From Vibrio cholerae ATCC 14035 (GTDB lineage: Bacteria; Pseudomonadota; Gammaproteobacteria; Enterobacterales; Vibrionaceae): a stretch of DNA of 32,000 nt. Shown piece by piece: positions 25,752-32,000 of the stretch. The position numbers and the translations under genes are program-made. The stretch lies in assembly GCF_000621645.1 (NCBI RefSeq), contig NZ_JHXR01000004.1:90001-122000 (forward strand), in the 5' to 3' direction. The notes below the pieces were generated by a model. The model did not search any database. It was not told the origin of the DNA and was given only the letters and a program-made list of their open reading frames with translations. The stretch's first letter is position 1. Each line of letters begins with the position of its first letter.

Positions 25752-25769
25752 AGCGCAACCGGTTGCGCT
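25752..25769. promoter_or_regulatory. Perfect 18-bp palindrome, candidate LacI-family operator
   Basis: AGCGCAACCGGTTGCGCT equals its own reverse complement. It lies 65 nt upstream of the chbB ATG in the divergent cod/chb region. The GCAA..TTGC arms resemble LacI/PurR-type operators. Confidence 0.45.
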
Positions 25770-25833
25770 TTTTAATGCGGATTTATTTTGCTACAGTTTT
25801 TAAGTCGATATTTAAACAAGGGAAGTGTAGAGC

Positions 25834-26139
25834 ATGAAAAAGATCCTACTCTGCTGTAGTGCTGGTATGTCTACCAGTATGTTAGTGAAGAAAATGCAGC
25901 AAGCTGCTGAAAGTAAAGGCATTGAGTGCAAGATTGATGCGTTATCAGTGAATGCATTTGAAGAGGCCATCCAAGAATATGATGTTTGCTTATTAGGGCC
26001 TCAAGTCCGTTTTCAGTTGGAAGAGCTACGCAAAACGGCCGATGAATATGGCAAAAACATTGCAGCTATCTCTCCTCAAGCTTACGGCATGATGAAAGGT
26101 GACGAGGTTCTTCAGCAAGCTTTAGATTTAATTAACTAA
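25834..26139 (+). CDS. chbB: PTS lactose/cellobiose-family EIIB (chitobiose type)
   Basis: 101 aa. The active-site Cys context LLCCSAGMSTSMLV matches E. coli ChbB (LFCSAGMSTSLLV). Confidence 0.9.
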   Translation: MKKILLCCSAGMSTSMLVKKMQQAAESKGIECKIDALSVNAFEEAIQEYDVCLLGPQVRFQLEELRKTADEYGKNIAAISPQAYGMMKGDEVLQQALDLIN

Positions 26140-26226
26140 ATCTGTTTTTCGGACAATATTTTCACTCAATCCTCATTAATTAAATGAGGATAGGGAACTC
26201 TTTATCTTAAATATAAGGTGAATCCT

Positions 26227-27558
26227 ATGAAGCTTTATGATGCGATAATTGGAATCGTAGAAAAGCATATAGCCCCCATTGCAGCAAAAGTGGGGAATCA
26301 GCCTCATGTACGTGCCATGCGTGATGGTTTTATTGTGGCAATGCCATTTATTATTGTGGGTAGTTTTATTTTAATTTTTGCATTCCCTCCTTTTGCTGAA
26401 GATACCACCAATGTTTTTGGTCGCGTGTGGTTAAACTTCGCTACGACGCATTTCGATATCATCATGATGCCGTTTAATATGTCGATGGGCATTATGACCA
26501 TATTTGTCTCGTTGGGTGTAGCATACAGCTTAGCGAAAGCTTACAAAATGGACGGTATCACGAGTGCAGTACTGTCACTGATGAGCTTTTTGTTGGTCGC
26601 GGCACCCGCCAAAGAAGACAGTCTATCGATGGCGCATATGGGCGGCACAGGGATTTTCACGGCAGTTATGTGTGCTTTTTTTGCCGTCGAACTGTATCGC
26701 TTTATGAAAAAGCATAACATTACCATTCGTATGCCAGAGCAAGTTCCACCTGCGATTGCTCGCTCATTCGAAGTTTTGTTGCCTGTCTTGGCGATTTTCT
26801 TGACGCTTTATCCGCTGAGCCTTTTTGTACAAGCCGAATATGGCATGTTGATCCCTGATGCTGTGATGGCGATGTTCAAACCGTTGATCAGTGCGTCAAA
26901 CACACTGCCAGCGATTATCGGCGCGCTGCTGGTGTGTCAATTGTTATGGTTTGCGGGCATTCATGGGGCTGCGATTGTGGTCGGTCTGCTATCTCCCATC
27001 TTCTTAACCAATATCAGTGCTAACATTGATGCGTTTGTTACTGGGCAGCCCGTCCCGAATATCTTCACACAGCCATTCTGGGATTTTTACATCTTTATCG
27101 GTGGTTCAGGTGCAACCTTAGCGTTAGTGATTTTGATGTCCTTCAGCCGCTCAGCTCATTTAAAAAGCATCGGTCGTATGAGTGCGGTACCAGGATTCTT
27201 CCAAATTAACGAACCTGTGATTTTTGGTAGTCCAGTGGTGATGAACCCGATTTTATTCCTGCCTTTCGTTTTCGCTCCCGTAATCAATGCCACCATTGCT
27301 TATTTTGCGATTCAGTTGGGCTTTGTCGGTATGGGAGTAGCAACCACGCCATGGACAACACCGGCCATTATCGGTGCGTCATGGGGTAGTGGTTGGACGT
27401 TTACGCCTGTGTTGCTGGTCGTGGGTTTACTCATCCTTGATCTGCTCATTTACTTACCTTTCTTCAAAATGTTTGAGAAGCAAGTGGTTGAACAAGAGCA
27501 ACCTGTGGAAAGTAAAGTCAAAGCAGCGCAACCAAGTGGACAAGGTGTCACGGCATAA
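26227..27558 (+). CDS. chbC: PTS lactose/cellobiose-family EIIC permease
   Basis: ATG 26227 (AAGGTG 6-8 nt upstream) is preferred over GTG 26218. The protein is polytopic and sits between the EIIB and EIIA genes. Confidence 0.9.
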   Translation: MKLYDAIIGIVEKHIAPIAAKVGNQPHVRAMRDGFIVAMPFIIVGSFILIFAFPPFAEDTTNVFGRVWLNFATTHFDIIMMPFNMSMGIMTIFVSLGVAYSLAKAYKMDGITSAVLSLMSFLLVAAPAKEDSLSMAHMGGTGIFTAVMCAFFAVELYRFMKKHNITIRMPEQVPPAIARSFEVLLPVLAIFLTLYPLSLFVQAEYGMLIPDAVMAMFKPLISASNTLPAIIGALLVCQLLWFAGIHGAAIVVGLLSPIFLTNISANIDAFVTGQPVPNIFTQPFWDFYIFIGGSGATLALVILMSFSRSAHLKSIGRMSAVPGFFQINEPVIFGSPVVMNPILFLPFVFAPVINATIAYFAIQLGFVGMGVATTPWTTPAIIGASWGSGWTFTPVLLVVGLLILDLLIYLPFFKMFEKQVVEQEQPVESKVKAAQPSGQGVTA

Positions 27559-27604
27559 ACGGTTTAAGGCTGCCGATGGGCAGCCTTAGCTTCGGGAGAG
27601 AGAA

Positions 27605-27940
27605 ATGGAACAAGAACTTATCGTGATGGAAATTATTTGCAACGCGGGTGAAGCGAGAAGCTTGTGTTATGAAGCATTACGTTTAGCGCGTACTCGATCT
27701 TTTGAGCAGGCAGAAGAGAAATTGTGTCAGGCTAAAGAGTGCTTAAACCGAGCTCATTTAATTCAAACACAATTGATTGAAGCCGATCAGGGTGAAGGCA
27801 AAGTACCAATGACCTTGGTGATGGTGCATGCTCAAGATCATTTAATGACGACAATTCTGGCACAGGAAATGGCGACTGAAATGGTGGCTTTACACAAACA
27901 CTTGGCGGGTGAGGAAGCAAAATGTCTCGAAATGCATTAA
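27605..27940 (+). CDS. chbA: PTS lactose/cellobiose-family EIIA
   Basis: 111 aa. VMVHAQDHLMT matches the phospho-His region of E. coli ChbA (LVLVHAQDHLMT). GGGAGAGAGA lies upstream. Confidence 0.9.
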   Translation: MEQELIVMEIICNAGEARSLCYEALRLARTRSFEQAEEKLCQAKECLNRAHLIQTQLIEADQGEGKVPMTLVMVHAQDHLMTTILAQEMATEMVALHKHLAGEEAKCLEMH

Positions 27941-29244
27941 AGCTGGCAGTCATCGGCGGTGGCAGTAGTTACACCCCAGAGCTTGTGGAAGGGGTTCTCA
28001 AAAGATTGGATTTTCTGCCAGTGAAGCAGTTGCACTTTGTGGATATTGAAGCAGGTGCGGAAAAATTACAGATCATTCGAGATCTTGCGCAGAGAATGGT
28101 CGACAAAGTTGGAGCTGACATTGAAATTAAAGCGGGCTTTGATCGCCGAGAGGCGATTACTGGCGCTGATTTCGTTATGACCCAGTTTCGGGTTGGGGGG
28201 CTTGCCGCTCGCGCGAATGATGAACGAATTCCACTGAAATATGATGTGATTGGGCAAGAAACCACAGGGCCTGGTGGTTTTGCCAAAGCACTTCGAACGA
28301 TCCCAGTCATACTGGATATTTGCCGAGACATTGAAGAGCTAGCACCCAATGCCTGGATGCTCAACTTTACCAATCCTGCGGGCTTGGTCTCGGAGGCAGT
28401 CAGTAAATACTCAAAAGTCAAAAGCATAGGATTATGTAATGTTCCCGTTTCTATGCAGATGATGATTGCTGAAATGATGGCCTGTGAACCTCAAGACCTT
28501 CAGCTCGAGTTCGCTGGGCTGAACCATTTAGTTTGGGTGCACCAAGCTTGGTTGGATGGTCAAAATATCACTCAAACCGTTTTAGAAAAGGTGGGTGATG
28601 GCGCCAATTTCAGCATGAAAAATATCTGGGAAGAACCTTGGGATCCTGAGTTCTTAAAAGCGTTAGGCGCGATTCCTTGCCCTTATCACCGCTACTTTTA
28701 CCAAACGGATGCTATGTTGGCAGAAGAGAAAAAAAGTGCTCAAGAGAAAGGAACGCGAGCTGAGCAAGTGATGGTCACTGAAAAGGCCTTATTTGAGCTC
28801 TATCAAGATCCACATCTGGCTCATAAGCCTAAAGAGTTAGAAGCGCGTGGCGGTGCTTATTATTCGGATGCCTCGTTAAATCTTGTTGATGCCATCTACA
28901 ATAATCGCAATAGTATTCATGTGGTTAATGTGCAGAATCATGGGGCGATCAGTTCATTACCTCATGATGCTGTGATTGAATGCAGTGCGGTGGTGGGCAG
29001 TTGGGGAGCAAAACCGATTGCGGTCGGAGAACTTTCACCAAAAATCAGTGGATTGCTACATCAAGTGAAAGCCTATGAGCAGCTTGCGATAGAAGCTGCG
29101 GTACACGGTGACTATCACCTTGCTTTAATGGCTTTAACGAATAACCCATTGGTGCCTGATATTGGTCGGGCGAAAGCCATTTTGGATGATATTCTGCGTG
29201 AAAATGCCGTTTATCTACCCCAATTTAAACTCACCACATGGTAA
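27922..29244 (+). CDS. chbF: GH4 6-phospho-beta-glucosidase (chitobiose-6-P hydrolase type)
   Basis: NAD-binding N-terminus KLAVIGGGSSYTPE. NFTNPAG, GLCNVP and RGGAYYSD motifs are collinear with E. coli ChbF. It overlaps chbA by 19 nt. Confidence 0.9.
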   Translation: MSRNALKLAVIGGGSSYTPELVEGVLKRLDFLPVKQLHFVDIEAGAEKLQIIRDLAQRMVDKVGADIEIKAGFDRREAITGADFVMTQFRVGGLAARANDERIPLKYDVIGQETTGPGGFAKALRTIPVILDICRDIEELAPNAWMLNFTNPAGLVSEAVSKYSKVKSIGLCNVPVSMQMMIAEMMACEPQDLQLEFAGLNHLVWVHQAWLDGQNITQTVLEKVGDGANFSMKNIWEEPWDPEFLKALGAIPCPYHRYFYQTDAMLAEEKKSAQEKGTRAEQVMVTEKALFELYQDPHLAHKPKELEARGGAYYSDASLNLVDAIYNNRNSIHVVNVQNHGAISSLPHDAVIECSAVVGSWGAKPIAVGELSPKISGLLHQVKAYEQLAIEAAVHGDYHLALMALTNNPLVPDIGRAKAILDDILRENAVYLPQFKLTTW

Positions 29245-29266
29245 CGGTAATAAGGTGAATCTCTCA

Positions 29267-30025
29267 ATGAAGGTAATTTTTAACGCGGACGATTTTGGTT
29301 TAACTCAAGGTGTCAACCAAGGTATTGTCAAGGCCCACCTTGATGGGGTCGTAAAATCAACCACTTTAATGGTGGGCATGCCTGCAGAGCAGCATGCAGT
29401 TCAATTGGCAAAACAGCTTCCCGAATTAAAAATTGGCCTTCATCTGAGGTTTACAGCAGGACGCCCTTTAACGGGAGAAAGAAACTTAACCGATGAACAT
29501 GGCGTATTCACCGCTTATCGTGATTTTTGGCAGCGTAGAGACTATCAACCTGAGGCGATATACCATGAAGCTATCGCCCAGGTTGAACATTTTCTAAAGC
29601 TTGGACTCACTTTAAGTCATCTTGATAGCCATCATCACGCCCATACTCATCCTCAATTGGCTCCGATCATTTATGAAGTGGCTAAAAAATACCATGTTCC
29701 ACTGCGGGATATTGGTATGGCAGGGGAGGAGGCGTTCGGCTGTCGTTATCATTTCACTGATTTTTTCTATGATCAACGTTTGGGCATCGACCCTTTAATG
29801 AAACATCTGCTTGAGCTAAAAGAACGCTTCGATCTGGTTGAGGTTATGTGCCATCCTGCGTTCGTGGATCCATTACTCGAAAAGTGCAGCGGTTATGCCA
29901 AGCAAAGAGAAGAAGAGTTGCGCATTCTGACTAGCGCACAATTAATACAATTGTTGGTAGCGCATGATATCGAAATCACGGATTACTCGGCTTTGATTTC
30001 TGCTCCTCTGCACTCCTGTGTATGA
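29267..30025 (+). CDS. chbG: YdjC-family chitooligosaccharide deacetylase
   Basis: ATG 29267 (AAGGTGA upstream) is preferred over the track start 29162, which would overlap chbF by 83 nt. Motifs NADDFGL, HLDSHHHAH and EVMCHPAF match E. coli ChbG. Confidence 0.88.
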   Translation: MKVIFNADDFGLTQGVNQGIVKAHLDGVVKSTTLMVGMPAEQHAVQLAKQLPELKIGLHLRFTAGRPLTGERNLTDEHGVFTAYRDFWQRRDYQPEAIYHEAIAQVEHFLKLGLTLSHLDSHHHAHTHPQLAPIIYEVAKKYHVPLRDIGMAGEEAFGCRYHFTDFFYDQRLGIDPLMKHLLELKERFDLVEVMCHPAFVDPLLEKCSGYAKQREEELRILTSAQLIQLLVAHDIEITDYSALISAPLHSCV

Positions 30026-30125
30026 TGGGAGCTGTCTCGCCGAGTGGAGACTTCCGTAAGGGAGTGTCGTGCAAGCTCGCAGTTCCTTGTTTTTCTGAAG
30101 TTTCTGACTTCCTATAGGCTCTAAT

Positions 30126-31148
30126 ATGGCAAGAATTAAAGATGTTGCTGAACTTGCAGGTGTGAACCGCTCTACCGTATCGAGGATCATCAATGGTGAG
30201 GGGAAATTTAAAGAGGAAACGCGGCGTAAGGTTGAGCAAGCAATGGCTCAACTTAATTATCGACCGAGTGCAATAGCCCGTTCTTTGGCGACCTCCTCAT
30301 CGAATATGATGGGTCTTCTAGTCACGTATTACACAGGTGGCTTTTTTGGTGAAATGATGGAACAGGTGCAAACCGAGTTGGATATGCACCATAAGTTTTT
30401 GATCACAGCACAAGGCCATCACTCTGCACAAGGAGAGAGAGAGGCGATACAGCGCTTTCACGATCTGCGTTGCGATGGGTATGTTCTGCACAGCCGGTAT
30501 TTATCAGACGATGATTTGCGAGCATTAGCTCAGCAGCCGACTCCCTTTGTTCTTCTCGATCGTTATGTGGCAGGTTTGGAAGAGCGCTGCATTACTTTTG
30601 ACCATCGTGGAGCAAGCCAGATAGTGGTGGAGCATCTCATTCAGCAAGGCCACAGGAAAATTGCTTGTATCACCGGACCGCTACACAGACACAATAGTCG
30701 TCTACGGCAGCAAGGCTATCTCGATGCCTTAGCTCAAGCGGGGATTCTCCCGAGCAAGTCACTGTGTGAAGAAGGCAATTACGGTCGCAAAAGTGGTTAT
30801 TTTGCGATGCAGCAGCTATTCGCTCGCCACCCCGAGATCACGGCTGTTTTCTCGTGTAGTGAGGAGATGACGACTGGGGCGCTGCAGTATTTACATGAAC
30901 AAGGTATTGCGGTGCCGGGGCGGATTTCTATCGTCAGTTTTGACAGTGTTGATTTGTGTGAGAGTCTATATCCAACGGTGACGGCGGTACATTTCCCGAT
31001 CAGCGAAATGGCACGTGCGGCGGTGCAGTCATTGATTGCGATGGTGAAACAGCAACCGACAGTCGGTCCGCAAAGCTTTCGTCCGATCTTAAAAAAGCGT
31101 CACGCCGATCAACCACTGTCGAAAATAGCTGAAAGGCAAGACTCATAA
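30126..31148 (+). CDS. LacI-family transcriptional regulator
   Basis: N-terminal HTH MARIKDVAELAGVNRSTVSRIINGEG ... YRPSAIARSLA, followed by a periplasmic-binding-protein-like sugar-binding core. Confidence 0.88.
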   Translation: MARIKDVAELAGVNRSTVSRIINGEGKFKEETRRKVEQAMAQLNYRPSAIARSLATSSSNMMGLLVTYYTGGFFGEMMEQVQTELDMHHKFLITAQGHHSAQGEREAIQRFHDLRCDGYVLHSRYLSDDDLRALAQQPTPFVLLDRYVAGLEERCITFDHRGASQIVVEHLIQQGHRKIACITGPLHRHNSRLRQQGYLDALAQAGILPSKSLCEEGNYGRKSGYFAMQQLFARHPEITAVFSCSEEMTTGALQYLHEQGIAVPGRISIVSFDSVDLCESLYPTVTAVHFPISEMARAAVQSLIAMVKQQPTVGPQSFRPILKKRHADQPLSKIAERQDS

Positions 31149-31214
31149 ACGACCCTCAGTGATTTGAAGTTTACAGCCAACGCTAACGCTGCTGTAAGCG
31201 TTAAGTAATAGGGG

Positions 31215-31265
31215 AGTAAAAAGTCAGCGGGGATAAAAAGTAAGAGCGGATAAAAAAGTGTCGCG
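31215..31265. repeat. Three tandem imperfect direct repeats, 17-nt period
   Basis: TAAAAAGT starts at 31217 and 31234, and TAAAAAAGT at 31251. Each is followed 1-3 nt later by AGCGG, AGCGG and GCG respectively. The third unit runs into the opgH terminator stem. Confidence 0.5.
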
Positions 31266-31289
31266 AACACAATCGTGTAGGCGACACTT
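31256..31289 (-). terminator. Rho-independent terminator for opgH
   Basis: AAGTGTCGC-N16-GCGACACTT, a 9-bp perfect stem. On the minus strand it is followed by TTTTTTAT. Confidence 0.7.
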
Positions 31290-31294
31290 TCAGT

Positions 31295-32000
31295 TTAGAC
31301 AGTCTGGTTCGCTAAGCTGGGCGGCAGTTTGGCTACCTGCTGGATCAGCAGGGGATTGCCAAGAACATAACTCAGTTCGACTTTGGTCAGTAGCGCCAAT
31401 AGGCTTTCCTGACTCTCCGCTTCCTGTACTTTAATGCGTGCTACCGCATCCAAAGGCTCAATCGCGGTGCCGGGTTGGCGCGACGGCAGTTTATCCATCA
31501 TCGCAATATGTAGAGCGATCAGGTTGTGATCAGCAAGTACCATGCGTGCGTTCCACACTTCCTGAAGATCCACCACATACTCGTCACGACGAGCTTGCGC
31601 AGCAAGCACAATAGCCGGTGTTTCAATTTCTTCTGGAGTCGCAAGAATGCGTTTTTGTTTAAACCAAGCTCCGATGGTGTATGACGCCGTGATCCCAGAG
31701 AGTGGTACAGAGAACCACAAACCGATTAAGGCTGGAGACATCCACGCCAGTAGGGTCCATGAGTCGAGCATCGCTGCATAACCAAGGAGTACTCCCGCTG
31801 TCATATGCCAACGGTGGCGGTACAGCAAGTCTTTGATTGGCAAGCTACCGTCATCACGTCGTTGAGGAGCCCAACCACTATCACGTCCAAACAAAATCGA
31901 CACAACCGCGCCACAGTGGATGAGCATCATGATGGGAGCGACCAGTGCAGACAGTAGGATCTCTGTCACCGCGCTGAGTATGACTCTCAGTCGTCCCCCT
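31295..32000 (-). CDS. opgH: Glucans biosynthesis glucosyltransferase H, C-terminal part (5' end beyond the window)
   Basis: The track ORF 31295..31969 begins at an internal GTG, and the frame stays open to the window edge (...GGRLRVILSAV-TEILLSALVAPIMML...). It is collinear with the E. coli MdoH/OpgH C-terminus as recalled (LLAPVRMLFH ... WNSPQRDDD ... LIPEE). Confidence 0.8.
   Translation of the reverse strand, partial: GGRLRVILSAVTEILLSALVAPIMMLIHCGAVVSILFGRDSGWAPQRRDDGSLPIKDLLYRHRWHMTAGVLLGYAAMLDSWTLLAWMSPALIGLWFSVPLSGITASYTIGAWFKQKRILATPEEIETPAIVLAAQARRDEYVVDLQEVWNARMVLADHNLIALHIAMMDKLPSRQPGTAIEPLDAVARIKVQEAESQESLLALLTKVELSYVLGNPLLIQQVAKLPPSLANQTV

Noticed and set aside
25752-25775. The 18-bp palindrome followed by TTTTT read as a rho-independent terminator.
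   Set aside because: No + strand gene ends upstream of it, because cod is on the other strand and starts there. The palindrome has no loop unless the stem is shortened to 6 bp. An operator reading fits the divergent-promoter context better.
29162-29266. A long N-terminal extension of chbG overlapping chbF by 83 nt.
   Set aside because: Homology to YdjC/ChbG begins at MKVIFNADDFGL, and ATG 29267 has an AAGGTGA SD.
31855-31865. An apparent frameshift in opgH. Hand translation of the printed bases around the 31860/31861 line break (..acgtc ttgagg..) loses the frame, and the last printed line has 19 rather than 20 bases.
   Set aside because: The supplied ORF track translates continuously (..APQRRDDG..) through this point. 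One extra T in the T-run restores the frame. I treat this as a one-base print or reading discrepancy, not a pseudogene. My hand coordinates beyond about 31860 may be off by one.
1-32000. Searched for mobile elements, CRISPR repeats, tRNA/rRNA, toxin-antitoxin pairs and known defence-system signatures.
   Set aside because: No transposase, integrase or phage-like ORFs, no regularly spaced repeats, and no cloverleaf-like or rRNA sequences were recognised. Gene content is housekeeping or metabolic and syntenic with what I recall for V. cholerae and, in part, E. coli. I did not compute GC skew or k-mer bias, so I make no horizontal-transfer claim.

Overview
The window reads as a core-chromosome stretch of a Vibrio. 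Gene order and products match my recollection of V. cholerae chromosome I from gyrA to opgH (roughly VC1258-VC1287), which I cannot verify here. I call about 30 protein genes. In order they are:
- the gyrA 3' half, trhO/yceA, and a divergent AraC regulator with a SET-type sugar efflux MFS
- a small ORF missing from the track, then a monocistronic ribA
- a four-gene exported imelysin / di-haem DUF1111 / imelysin / DUF1513 cluster behind a Fur-like box
- the ldtA-mepK-ycbL cell-wall trio
- two uncharacterised small genes
- a TRAP transporter followed by a Cache-type histidine kinase and a NarL/LuxR-type response regulator
- the divergent cosR and opuD genes
- a secreted chitin-oligosaccharide deacetylase facing a chbBCAFG-type PTS operon with a LacI-type regulator
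- the 3' end of opgH

I saw no rRNA, tRNA, CRISPR array, transposase, integrase, phage or recognisable defence genes, so this is not an obvious accessory island.

The best candidate for a mechanistically undescribed system is the Fur-box-fronted, permease-less periplasmic four-gene module (6.7-11.7 kb). Secondary candidates are the orphan-ligand TRAP and two-component module with CTACGTAG palindromes, and the chitin-disaccharide locus, where a LacI-type regulator and a perfect 18-bp palindrome replace the E. coli-type ChbR.

All motif positions were read by hand from the printed sequence. No database search or folding calculation was possible.
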